Shown in pieces: positions 11,901 through 19,506 of a stretch of DNA of 64,000 bases. The translations under genes were made by a program, and so were the position numbers. Every line of letters begins with the position of its first letter. Within the stretch, counting starts at the first letter, position 1. The notes below the pieces were generated by a model. That model worked only from the letters and a program-made list of their open reading frames with translations. It searched no databases and was not told the origin of the DNA. The stretch covers positions 74 through 64,073 of the forward strand of contig CAYVXX010000003.1 of the NCBI GenBank assembly GCA_964454305.1. Direction: 5' to 3'. This DNA comes from an uncultured Syntrophales bacterium (GTDB lineage: Bacteria > Desulfobacterota > Syntrophia > Syntrophales > JADFWA01).

Positions 11901-14900
11901 AACGTATACTTGTTCATACGGGTTCCGGAGGCCTTGGTCTCGCGATGATACAGGTCGCCCGTGCAGCAGGCGCAGAAGTATATGCGACGGCAGGCACACC
12001 GGAGAAACGTTCCTTTCTCAGGACAATGGGAATTCCTTACGTCGGCGACTCACGAGGCCTCGACTTTGCGAGAGAATTGCCGGAGATGACGAACAACGAA
12101 GGTGTCGATATCGTCGTAAACACGCTCCCCGCAACTGCCCTTGAAGCAAATATCTCCGTCCTGAAACCGGTCAGCGGACGCCTGATCGATCTTGCCGCCA
12201 TTCAATCCCCGGCTTCCCTGGAAATGAGGCTCTTGGGAAAAGGCATATCGATTGCAGCCTTCGATCTTGAAGCGATGAAAAGAAACACCCCCGAATACCT
12301 GGGGTCGTTGCTCCATCAGGTCGCTGATCGCTTCTGTGATAAAACCTTACACCCATTACCGCATCGGGTTTTCCCGGTTACCGATGTTGCGAGGGCCTTC
12401 AGGAATATGAGAAAGGCCAGCCATATCGGGAAACAAATTCTTTCAATGAGAGAAATAAATGTCATTCCTGTTCCCACACAGTCAACACTGTCCCTGAACC
12501 CGGATGCAACCTATCTCATTGCCGGCGGGTTGGGTGGGTTCGGTATGGCGGTTGCCCGCTGGATGGTATTGTTCGGCGCCCGTTACCTCGTACTCGTCGG
12601 ACGGCACAGCGACTCCTCACCCAAGGTGCATGAGGACTTAAAAATCCTTAAAAAATCCGGAGCGACGGTACGGGTCATCCAGGCAGACATTACAAGCGAA
12701 GAGCATCTTAAATCGGTCTTTGAAGAGATAGACCTGACAATGCCACCCTTGAGGGGTGTCGTACAGTCGGCTATGGTACTCGACGACGGTCCTGTAATGG
12801 AAATGACGTCTGACCGGATAAAACGCGTTGTAGCTCCAAAAGTGCAAGGAGCCTGGAATCTGCATATCCTCACGCTGAAAAAAGACCTTGATTTTTTCAT
12901 TTGTTTTTCATCCTTCGCATCTCTTATAGGAAACGCAAACCAGGCGAGCTATTCCGCGGGAAACGCGTTTCTGGATGCGCTGGCCGATTACCGGAAGGCA
13001 CGGGGACTGCCGGCGCTCACTATCTCCTGGGGCGCACTGGGGGAGACCGGGTATGTTGCGGAACATGAAGAAATCAAGGATGCGTTTCGCCGTCAGGGTG
13101 TGACCGGTTTGACACTGGATAAGGCATGGCAGGTTATAAGACATGGATTGAAGCGGGACGTGACACATATCGGCGCTATGTCGGCACACTGGCCGACTTT
13201 GAGCAGGTTTTCATATGCCGTTGCAAATTCTCCGAGATTTTCCGAACTTATCCAAAGAGAGTACGGGAAGGCTGTTGGTGGCGTTTCTGAAACTGAGGAT
13301 CGGATACGAACGACACTTCCCGCTTCCGGTGAAGAGCGCCATAAACTGTTGGAAGAAGTGCTAATACAAGTTGTCTCCCGTGTGCTTGGGTTGTCTCCGT
13401 CCGGAATGGATATCCACCAGCCGTTGAGTTCGATGGGCTTCGATTCTCTAATGGCTGTGGAACTGAGCCTTGCCGTCGAAAATGCCGTCGGGGTTGTCCT
13501 GCCGAAGGTTGAATATCTCAGACGGGATCTGACTGTTGCCGTGCTCGTGAAAGTCATTGAAAAGGGATTGCCGGAAAGCGGGTTCATTGTATACCATGGT
13601 GGCATACAGTCCCGGGTGAAAGATCAGACGGAGGATACGAACGGAGGGGCTGAATCGACCCGATTTATGACGCTGGGTCAAGATAGCTCTCTTTCCGGCG
13701 GCGGCGATCAGCGTCTCCGGGCGGAAGCCGGGAAAAGAGAGGATATTCTATCAAAAGGGAAGGGCAATGTATACGGCTTTGATGGTCAGTCGTTGCCTCG
13801 AGCTGAAGGATTCATATACCCGCCCGAATATCTCGCATTGAAAGAAAACTCTGAACAGCTGGAAACCGGCGGATACAAAAACTTCTATTTCAATATTTCC
13901 GACGGCATTAACAGCAACATTACGAGCATTGAAGGCAGGAAGCTCATCAATTATTCGAGTTACAACTACCTGGGCATGTCGGGAGACCCGGTAGTTGTGA
14001 AGGCGGCCAAGGACGCCATCGATCGCTATGGGACCTCGGTGTCCGCATCCCGTATCGCCTCGGGAGAAAGAATCTTCCACAGGGAACTTGAAAACGAACT
14101 CTCCGGTTTGATAGGCGCCGAGGATTGTATTGCCTTTGTCAGCGGATTCGGGACAAATGAAAACGTGATTGGACACGTATGTCGTCATGATGACCTCGTG
14201 CTCCACGATTCGCTTATCCACGCCAGTGTGCAGCAGGGTGCCACGCTTTCCGGCGCGCGGGTTCTGCCTTTTCCGCATAATAATTATGAGGCGCTGGACC
14301 GGATATTAAATGATCGTAGAGAAAATTATCGGCAGGTCCTCATTGTCATTGAGGGTGTGTATAGTATGGATGGAGATATACCCGATCTGCCGTGCTTCAT
14401 CGAGATCAAAAAGCACCACAAAGCCTTGCTGATGGTCGACGAAGCTCATTCCATAGGGGTGCTGGGAGAACATGGCAGGGGTATTGGTGAATATTACAGT
14501 GTCGATCCCGGTGAAGTGGACCTTTGGATGGGGACATTGAGCAAGGCATTCGCCAGTTGCGGCGGATACATTGCCGGCAGTAGGGATATGGTGGAATTTC
14601 TTAAGTACACCGCCCCCGGTTTTGTCTACAGCGTGGGAATGACACCACCAGACGCTGCGGCAGCTCTGGCGGCGTTGCGTTTACTGAAGAAGGAACCGGA
14701 ACGGGTCACCCGGCTGCAACAAAACATCTCTCTGTTTCGCGAGATGGCTAAAGAGCGCGGTTTCAATACGGGAAAGAGCAAGGATTCCGCCGTGATTCCG
14801 CTTATTCTCGGACAATCGCTGAAATCTATCAGGATGTACAAGCACCTCAAGGAACAGGACATATTCGCGCTGCCTATTGTCTATCCGGCGGTGCCGGAAA

Positions 14901-15007
14901 ATGCGGCGCGCATTCGCTTCTTTCTGAGCAGTCTACACACCGATGAGCAGATTGTAACGACAATCTCGGCAATCTCCGCTGCCCTTTCTGCCGATCCGGC
15001 GTCGTAG
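5981..15007 (+). CDS. type I polyketide synthase fused to an alpha-oxoamine synthase: KS-AT-DH-cMT-(psiKR)-ER-KR-ACP-AOS
   Basis: Uninterrupted 3008-aa ORF with all domain signatures present (see domain features). No loading domain and no thioesterase. GGGGAG RBS upstream of the ATG. Confidence 0.95.
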   Translation: MISHEEVTLKDTTGHIAIVGIGCRFPGGISSPASFWDFLCSGGDGISHVPADRWDIKTFYHPDREKKGKVYTQKGGFLSEIDRFDPQFFGISPREASHMDPQQRLLLEVTWEALEDGGMVPEKLAGTNVGVFVGLFMHDYENIHTAATEHALYDPHSVTGMSTTIAANRLSYVFDFRGPSMVIDTACSSSLVAVHLACRSLREKETSLAVAGGVNVLIKPEIVMTLCQASMLSPDGYCKSFDARANGYARSEGAGVVVMKRLTDALADGDPIYAVIRGSAVNQDGRSEGITVPSGDAQKAVVQEALRTAGVAPHTVSYVEAHGTGTPVGDLIEAEALGTILSKGRSNENRCIVGSVKSNIGHTESAAGVASLIKVALMLRHHRIPPNLHFETPNPEIQFDRLKLRVPTSLETWTIEGNAPRIAGINSFGFGGTNAHVVLQEFDGPVTPDTAKSDSSKNAICLVPLSANSQEALRELARRHYEMLVSDTSGSMTLYDLGFTASLCRGHHSKRMTIAARSLEDYREHLEAFLRGERRPGLSLGSARHGTKPKIAFVFSGMGQQWWAMGRRLLEEEPVFRNIIDECDALFGRHTGEWSLIGILTADEDQSNIDETMFAQPSIFSIQVALAGLLRSRGIVPDAIVGHSVGEIAAAYTAGALTLEDAVKVCYHRSRLQHTLAGRGAMLAVGLSAEDVEKRFDVLLQDVSMAAFNSPNSVTLSGDKKTLEEIAAVLEAEKVFGRFLKVDVPYHSPSMDPVLQDLEDSLRTITPHPVSAILVSTVTGKTIDGQDMNGGYWCLNAREPILFQEAMDELVRHGCDLFVEIGAHPVLSASIMECLDSAGIKGIVVPTLRRAHDEEISIARVAGELYCSGYHLDWRERYAGEGRFIKLPTYPWQKEHYWTESEESRQARTGEGMLSVRMGVGPKAHPLLGGRLAAALPTWSASIDLEDLNYLRDHMIQGSMVFPGAGYVEMALAGARQINGYGSYVLESVSFTAPLILRGEASPIVQFVMEGDETFSVYSKSADDKQSWVKHAGGKLRPNGREETLQTISVSGIRKRCSEEIPVETFYNRFRSLGLDYGPAFRNIKTIYTGERESLGMIETNTDTDGDEKTYYLHPATLDACFQLLGVLSPGGTFLPVGIDRISTWSRPNGQIWGHARLVEQSGRRIRGDISLLDDSGNILVEIKGLRCRNIEETSAEFLDDLLYQYEWRLTPLGGGESSYRDARYLPAPGRIKAGLEPVLKEILEMYSRKEYYSVIEPKLNALCTAYIVEGMRTLGFQFGGQEPFTTEEFCSRFGIALQHGKLCERLLSMLAKEGWLSGNGREWKVGKKRKATSPQKLWNALMTEHPECQAELILIDRCGSKLVEVLRGDEDPLGLIFEPGSTVAEHLYYHSPTMRIYNRLLRELMLTVLDHLPEGQTIRILEVGAGTGAVTSFLLPILHGRQAEYVFTDISKTLINAAQEAFREYPFVEFRQLDIEKDPVEQGFDPHSFDLVIASDVVHATENLHRTLDNIKPLLASDGLVMMLELTNPSYLFDLIFGMLDGWWLFSDYDLRPDHATMPRAGWENVLTRCGFSDIVMIDDHIDDHAPTQSIIVTRGPSIEPPLTEGEIGISKETSSQTKRPWLILADESGIYQQLTVILEEKGILPSIIKRGDSFKEVAPRCFTIRPNEPDDVEQAIGALCPDGESSPVIINLWNAEPGDTVMTGQLLEDTVTNACMEVAGFVQALSKRPWETVPDFWLVTGGTHPIGSNSDIALNQTPLWGFGRVIITEHPNIRLRLVDLSRVPSERELVNFCEELLSDNSEDEIALRGSDRYVHRLVQTTGCSRPDPDDDSFTLHKTRAKSSKDFLVIEAQRHVPGPGEVELKVYATGLNFKDVAKVSGLLDDLDDDTLFSLGMEASGVILRVGEGVKNIKAGDSVMGLVQTGFSNYIVTDAYGLVPKPDHLTFEQAAGIPLTFMTAFHALHSLARIREGERILVHTGSGGLGLAMIQVARAAGAEVYATAGTPEKRSFLRTMGIPYVGDSRGLDFARELPEMTNNEGVDIVVNTLPATALEANISVLKPVSGRLIDLAAIQSPASLEMRLLGKGISIAAFDLEAMKRNTPEYLGSLLHQVADRFCDKTLHPLPHRVFPVTDVARAFRNMRKASHIGKQILSMREINVIPVPTQSTLSLNPDATYLIAGGLGGFGMAVARWMVLFGARYLVLVGRHSDSSPKVHEDLKILKKSGATVRVIQADITSEEHLKSVFEEIDLTMPPLRGVVQSAMVLDDGPVMEMTSDRIKRVVAPKVQGAWNLHILTLKKDLDFFICFSSFASLIGNANQASYSAGNAFLDALADYRKARGLPALTISWGALGETGYVAEHEEIKDAFRRQGVTGLTLDKAWQVIRHGLKRDVTHIGAMSAHWPTLSRFSYAVANSPRFSELIQREYGKAVGGVSETEDRIRTTLPASGEERHKLLEEVLIQVVSRVLGLSPSGMDIHQPLSSMGFDSLMAVELSLAVENAVGVVLPKVEYLRRDLTVAVLVKVIEKGLPESGFIVYHGGIQSRVKDQTEDTNGGAESTRFMTLGQDSSLSGGGDQRLRAEAGKREDILSKGKGNVYGFDGQSLPRAEGFIYPPEYLALKENSEQLETGGYKNFYFNISDGINSNITSIEGRKLINYSSYNYLGMSGDPVVVKAAKDAIDRYGTSVSASRIASGERIFHRELENELSGLIGAEDCIAFVSGFGTNENVIGHVCRHDDLVLHDSLIHASVQQGATLSGARVLPFPHNNYEALDRILNDRRENYRQVLIVIEGVYSMDGDIPDLPCFIEIKKHHKALLMVDEAHSIGVLGEHGRGIGEYYSVDPGEVDLWMGTLSKAFASCGGYIAGSRDMVEFLKYTAPGFVYSVGMTPPDAAAALAALRLLKKEPERVTRLQQNISLFREMAKERGFNTGKSKDSAVIPLILGQSLKSIRMYKHLKEQDIFALPIVYPAVPENAARIRFFLSSLHTDEQIVTTISAISAALSADPAS
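6020..7306 (+). other. PKS domain: ketosynthase (approximate bounds)
   Basis: IAIVGIGCRFPGG, active-site Cys in DTACSSS, EAHGTGTPVGD, KSNIGHTESAAG, GGTNAHVVLQEF. Confidence 0.95.
7627..8560 (+). other. PKS domain: acyltransferase (approximate bounds)
   Basis: FVFSGMGQQW, active-site GHSVGEIAAAY, VDVPYHSPSM. Extender specificity not assignable by eye. Confidence 0.9.
8750..9560 (+). other. PKS domain: dehydratase (approximate bounds)
   Basis: HPLLGG ... HxxxGxxxxP motif as HMIQGSMVFPGAGYVEMAL; later LHPATLDACFQ. Confidence 0.85.
9990..10760 (+). other. PKS domain: SAM-dependent C-methyltransferase (approximate bounds)
   Basis: Motif I ILEVGAGTGAVTSFLL, then DLVIASDVVHAT and GLVMMLEL. Sits between DH and ER as in cMT-containing reducing PKSs. 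Confidence 0.8.
11523..12450 (+). other. PKS domain: enoylreductase (approximate bounds)
   Basis: MDR-type ER: GEVELKVYATGLNFKDV, NADPH site LVHTGSGGLGLAMIQVARAAGAEVYATAG. Confidence 0.85.
12500..13090 (+). other. PKS domain: ketoreductase (approximate bounds)
   Basis: TYLIAGGLGGFGMAVARWM Rossmann motif; catalytic region NQASYSAGNAFLDAL. Confidence 0.85.
13330..13560 (+). other. PKS domain: acyl carrier protein (approximate bounds)
   Basis: Phosphopantetheine attachment motif LSSMGFDSLMAVELS. Confidence 0.85.
13830..14990 (+). other. PKS C-terminal domain: alpha-oxoamine synthase (class II aminotransferase; SPT/BioF/KBL family) (approximate bounds)
   Basis: SSYNYLGMSGDP, GFGTNENV, VYSMDGDIPDL, VDEAHSIG, PLP-lysine motif MGTLSKAFASCGGYIAG. 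Confidence 0.9.
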
Positions 15008-15055
15008 GGTAAGATAGGCATTATTGCAGTACATAACAATTCGGAGAATGAACGT

Positions 15056-15838
15056 ATGTCTAAGGTAGCTGTTATAACCGGAGGTTCCCAGGGCCTGGGG
15101 TTTGCACTGGCCCGTTGTCTTGCACGGGACGGCTATATTCCCGTCCTTCTTGCCCGAACAACTTATATTCTGGAGAACGCGGTTAAAAGTCTTGAAGCGA
15201 TGGGCTATCAGGCTGATTCATATGTCGTGGACATCGCAGACGAGAATGCCATGAGTACGGTGGCCGGTTCGATACGTGACAGATTCGGGACCATTGACGT
15301 TCTCGTCAACAATGCCGGGATCGTTCATACGGAGACCCTCGAAGAGATGAATATCTGTGATATCCGCTACGACCTTGAAGTGAATCTTTTCGGGACGATA
15401 CTTTGCACAAGACAGTTTCTCCCCATGTTGGCAGAGGACGGGAAGATCCTTTTTGTTTCGTCGGGATTCGGTCTTATGGGGCCGGCCGGATATTCGGTGT
15501 ACGCGGCGGCCAAAGCGGGCGTGATCAACTTTGCCGAATCAATAAAAAGAGAGCTTCACAGGCGCAACATTGGTGTGTACGTTGCCGTTCCCTCGGATAT
15601 CGATACACCTGGCTTCCGTAAGGAGCTGGAAGGATTGCCCGAGTGGATGGCCGTTTCCAAGGCCAGGGGAAAGATCCAGTCCCCCAACGCCGTAGCCCGA
15701 GCTATCCTGAAGAAATGCCGGGGAGGCCGGTTCCTTATCTTTACCGACGCTGGTGTGCGGATGCTTCACATCCTCAACAGGGTTTTACCCCGCCGATGCA
15801 GAGACCTCATCCTCGACACCATGTTTCCCAGACCGTGA
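15056..15838 (+). CDS. short-chain dehydrogenase, 3-ketodihydrosphingosine reductase (KDSR/Tsc10)-like
   Basis: VITGGSQGLGFALA, catalytic YAAAKAG. VPSDIDTPGF matches the PPDTDTPGF signature I recall for KDSR-family enzymes. GGAGAA RBS. Lies 48 nt after the PKS stop. Confidence 0.75.
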   Translation: MSKVAVITGGSQGLGFALARCLARDGYIPVLLARTTYILENAVKSLEAMGYQADSYVVDIADENAMSTVAGSIRDRFGTIDVLVNNAGIVHTETLEEMNICDIRYDLEVNLFGTILCTRQFLPMLAEDGKILFVSSGFGLMGPAGYSVYAAAKAGVINFAESIKRELHRRNIGVYVAVPSDIDTPGFRKELEGLPEWMAVSKARGKIQSPNAVARAILKKCRGGRFLIFTDAGVRMLHILNRVLPRRCRDLILDTMFPRP

Positions 15839-15915
15839 CCTAAACGAAGACGTTTTTAAAATGACGTGGCGGAAAATGTCGGAGAGGCGATTCAGACCAT
15901 TTCATCTCATGATGC

Positions 15916-17631
15916 TCATTCACAGGGCACAGAGTACACGTGCTCGGGTGAAATAAATCTATGGCGGTATTTTAGAGATTCCAAAAGGTCAATCACCATT
16001 TTTGTGTTATATCCGAACTGCCTGATATCGGTTTCCCTTACCTGGAGCAGGAGATTCGGACGAAACCGTTTCAACGTTGCCGTTCCGCCCGTCAATATAT
16101 CGTATCCGGCTCCCCCGGCATGGATTTTTAAGAAATCCAGTTTTTGAATGTTCTGCTCGTTGACGAAATGATCAAGCGTATCAACAAACGTAGGTACTGA
16201 ACAAAAACTGCCGAACTTTGGTTCCTGTCCGTAAGTACTTAAAAAATATTGACCGCTTTCCGGCACGTTCAAAACCCGTTCACCCGACTCATTCAAAATG
16301 CCCGTATTGAATACCCTGACCCGGTTTTCAACATTGTTCAGTTTCAGATTTGATTTCAGGACATCGAAGAGCAGTTCGTGAGGTTCGAAAGCGTAGAAGG
16401 CAGACCCTTCCACGAATTTTGCAACCAGAGAAAAACAGCCCGTGCTTGCCCCGACATCGAAGACAACCGGTCGATCAAATTTTTTCAGCTCATCGTAAAA
16501 AAATCGGATAATTTCTTTGCCCCGCACATCCACTGCCTGAAAAGATGTCCATTCTTTCCCCTTTTTATCGTAGACCATCTCCTTTTCGAAGGCACCGATT
16601 CCGTTATCCCGGAAATCTATAATCACCCGTCTGTCATCCACGAGGGTATATTCCTGTCTCAGGCCCAGACCGGAAACTTCGACGAAGGGAACATTGCCCA
16701 TTACTGCCGCTTCGTAGGAAAAGGTGCTCTGTCTGGTGCCGATCAACTTCTGTGTGTTTGCCAGGAGATACATATCGATTAGTGCATCCTTGTGATCCTG
16801 GAGAGTGAAGCGATTCACCATGCCGTCTGTCGTTTCTTTGGGGTATGTAATTATCCTGTCTTTATATCTTTCAATAAATGTTCGGCACTCTGTGATATTA
16901 TCGGCGGCCAGGAATATCTTTACATCCGGGTTTTTTGTTATCTCCTCGTCTATCAGGGAGGAAAACAGGTCAAATCTCGTTTGTCCGATGGGGCCGTCGG
17001 GACTGCTGTCCCGCTCTTTTGTAAGCCGTTTATAGGTTTTTCGTGTCCTTATGTGCACACCGATGGTGTCATCATGAAAATGGCGGTCAATAAACCGTTC
17101 GTATTGCTCCCGGATATCCCGTGCAGGTACAAACCGCTGATAGATTCGGTGCCGTTTGTTATGAAAATCGATTCCATTTATGGGTTTCCCATGGAAAGAG
17201 TAATAGGATCTGATGACGATCAGGGGAAAGAAAAAGTTTACGTTCTTCGCGATCATGTCGCACAGTATGGTGTTGAATTGATGGTGTGGTGTCAATTCAT
17301 GTCTGATCCAATCGGTGAAACGGAGGATCCTGCGGCCTTCATAAAAGCAGAAAAAGCGCTGAATTCTGTTTAATGCGTCGCGATTCACCGGTGAGGAGGG
17401 CAATTCAGGCATTTCGAAAAGGTCCGAAAAATCACGAATTCCCGGAAGATCTATTAGGTCCCCCCAGTGAAGATAGAAGTCGCGGCTCTCCTCCTCCGCC
17501 ATGAGTATCGCCGAGATCAGACCGCGCAGTTGATTGGCCAATCCGCTGTATAAAGGGGCCTCAAACACGATTGCGTTGTCCAAACCGTCGACTGAAAAGA
17601 ATTTTTTTATAAATTTTCGATTAAACATCAA
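15916..17631 (-). CDS. two-domain protein: fucosyltransferase-superfamily-like glycosyltransferase (N) + FkbM-family methyltransferase (C)
   Basis: N-terminal half: YSGLANQLRGL, IGVHIRTRK, FLAADN, LIDMYLLANTQKLIGTRQSTFS (GT11/23/65-like motif pattern). C-terminal ~190 aa (about 15916-16480): FDVGASTGCFSLVA ... AFEPHELLFDVLKSNLKLN, FkbM type. Confidence 0.55.
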   Translation of the reverse strand: MMFNRKFIKKFFSVDGLDNAIVFEAPLYSGLANQLRGLISAILMAEEESRDFYLHWGDLIDLPGIRDFSDLFEMPELPSSPVNRDALNRIQRFFCFYEGRRILRFTDWIRHELTPHHQFNTILCDMIAKNVNFFFPLIVIRSYYSFHGKPINGIDFHNKRHRIYQRFVPARDIREQYERFIDRHFHDDTIGVHIRTRKTYKRLTKERDSSPDGPIGQTRFDLFSSLIDEEITKNPDVKIFLAADNITECRTFIERYKDRIITYPKETTDGMVNRFTLQDHKDALIDMYLLANTQKLIGTRQSTFSYEAAVMGNVPFVEVSGLGLRQEYTLVDDRRVIIDFRDNGIGAFEKEMVYDKKGKEWTSFQAVDVRGKEIIRFFYDELKKFDRPVVFDVGASTGCFSLVAKFVEGSAFYAFEPHELLFDVLKSNLKLNNVENRVRVFNTGILNESGERVLNVPESGQYFLSTYGQEPKFGSFCSVPTFVDTLDHFVNEQNIQKLDFLKIHAGGAGYDILTGGTATLKRFRPNLLLQVRETDIRQFGYNTKMVIDLLESLKYRHRFISPEHVYSVPCE

Positions 17632-17645
17632 ACCTGTCGTCCGGT

Positions 17646-19274
17646 TCAGGTGCTAACGATTTTTCCGTCATCGAGCCTGATCACTCGATCCGCAACGGAG
17701 AAATATCGGTCGTCATGCGTGATGACAAGTACCACCTTGTTTTTTCTTTTTAAGTCAATGAGAATTTTTTCGTAAAACTCTTTTTTGAATACGGGGTCCT
17801 GGCCGGCCGCCCATTCGTCGAATATGTAGACGGGCCGGTCTTCCAAGCATGAGGCCAAAAGAGCGAGGCGTTTCTGCTGACCGTAGGAAAGATCGACCGT
17901 TGAAAAGCCTCCGTTTCGAATATGCACCTTTTCATGTAAATTAAGCGTTTTCAGGTAATTTTCCGCGTGATTCTCAATTTCTTCCGGATCAATACCTATC
18001 AGGTATTTAAAAAGGTGATAATCCGAAAAAACGACAGAGAAATTTTGCAAGAATGTTTCTCTGTTGAAATTGTCGACAGGTTCATTATTCCATAAAATTC
18101 GACCTTCTTCCGGAAGATATAAGCCGCAGATGACCTTTGCCAGGGTGGTCTTTCCCGTACCGTTTCCCCCAACAATGAAGGTAAGTTCGCCGCTTTGCAC
18201 TTGAAAGTTTATGGGACCTACGACGAACCTGTCTCCATTCAGCTCATCTTTATACTCAAATTTAATATCTTCCAGCTTCAACTTATAAGAACCCCTTTGT
18301 GGACTTTCCTTTAACGGGGCGTTTTCGCTCCGTTCGGAGTCCGTATTAAACAAATCAAAGCCGTACGTCTGGATTTTTTCCAGAGCGACATTCACATTCA
18401 TCCACTGAGGGATAAAGGACAGAAGGGTTGCCAGAGGTGATAGCGAAAATAATGCGGCAAGGATAAACCCGGTCAGCAGGTGTGGTTTCACCTCAAAAAA
18501 TATTGGTACAAGGAATAATAAACATCCGATATTCGCCAGTATAAGAAGGTCTCCGAATCGCTGGGATATGACGTAAATGGATTTGGCACTGATATTCTGG
18601 TTCATAAGCGCTCGATCGGTAGCGTGAAGGTGGAGAGTTAAAAAATCCTGCCGCTTCCGGTGGTGAAGGAACAACTCTTTGAGACCCTCGGCTAAACTCC
18701 GGTATTGTTTTATCATGTCGTCCGTTATTTCCCTTGATTTCGCCAGGAATCTTTTTGCTAAATTGGAAGGTATTTTAAAAAGCAGGATCGCGACCATCAG
18801 AAAACAGATATTGAACAGGAAAAGGGGCGGCGATAACCATAACATGTATCCGTAACAACCAAAAACGATGGCTATATTGATAAAAGCATTCGGCAGTCTT
18901 CCGACAAAACTCGTTATGGACGTAATATCTTCTACGAGAATTGCGAAGAGGCGATGAGTCCCTATCTTTTCCAGTTCCCTGAGTTCTTTTGTAAAAATCT
19001 GATGGCTGAGGGCCAGTTTTAATTGAAAGGCAATTTTCTCGGAAAGACGTATCAGCAGGAATTCCGAAAGGATACAAAGGCCGCCATAAATGAGCCACAA
19101 CAAGACAAAGGCAAGGAGAAGCTTATAATAGTTGACGGTATCCGCATTCCCGTCAAGGGTCCTGTGAATTACCGCCATCATTCCGGACAACCCGAATCCC
19201 GAAACCAGGCCCACAATAACAGAATAAATGAGGGTCTTCTTTCCGTATTTAAGGATGAATTTGAAAAAGGACAT
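17646..19274 (-). CDS. fused permease/ATPase ABC exporter (cyclic-peptide/SyrD-PvdE-like family)
   Basis: Six predicted TM helices, then Walker A GGNGTGKTT, signature LSYGQQKRL and Walker B VYIFDEWAAGQD. Start placed at MSFFKF (19274); the ORF track extends to 19337. Confidence 0.8.
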   Translation of the reverse strand: MSFFKFILKYGKKTLIYSVIVGLVSGFGLSGMMAVIHRTLDGNADTVNYYKLLLAFVLLWLIYGGLCILSEFLLIRLSEKIAFQLKLALSHQIFTKELRELEKIGTHRLFAILVEDITSITSFVGRLPNAFINIAIVFGCYGYMLWLSPPLFLFNICFLMVAILLFKIPSNLAKRFLAKSREITDDMIKQYRSLAEGLKELFLHHRKRQDFLTLHLHATDRALMNQNISAKSIYVISQRFGDLLILANIGCLLFLVPIFFEVKPHLLTGFILAALFSLSPLATLLSFIPQWMNVNVALEKIQTYGFDLFNTDSERSENAPLKESPQRGSYKLKLEDIKFEYKDELNGDRFVVGPINFQVQSGELTFIVGGNGTGKTTLAKVICGLYLPEEGRILWNNEPVDNFNRETFLQNFSVVFSDYHLFKYLIGIDPEEIENHAENYLKTLNLHEKVHIRNGGFSTVDLSYGQQKRLALLASCLEDRPVYIFDEWAAGQDPVFKKEFYEKILIDLKRKNKVVLVITHDDRYFSVADRVIRLDDGKIVST

Positions 19275-19506
19275 ATCCGGTACCGCCTTGGTAGCTCCGT
19301 AAGTGAAAATCCTTAAACACCCGGACTTCCACGCCACGGTATTTTACTCGAAGTCATTAAAAATGTGCAAGAGATAATCGGAAGCATATGACGGCTTCAA
19401 AGCTATCCGTTCATATTTCCTCCCAGTTTAAGATAATGGGCTTGACCTGATTGCTATAGAGGGTTAAAAGAAAAAGTTAAATTATGGGACAACTTTTTCA
19501 TGTGAA

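Noticed and set aside
6000-14862. About 30 track ORFs (60-183 aa) on the minus strand or in alternative plus frames inside the PKS gene, for example 10283-10834, 13093-13605 and 13751-14278.
   Set aside because: They are all nested in a 9-kb ORF with continuous, recognisable PKS domain signatures. They have low-complexity Arg/Pro/Ser-rich translations typical of shadow frames in GC-rich coding DNA, with no RBS or family motifs.
15839-15915. Terminator between the convergent SDR and GT-FkbM genes (AAACG-AAGA-CGTTT followed by TTTAAAA).
   Set aside because: The stem is only 5 bp and AT-rich, too weak to call.
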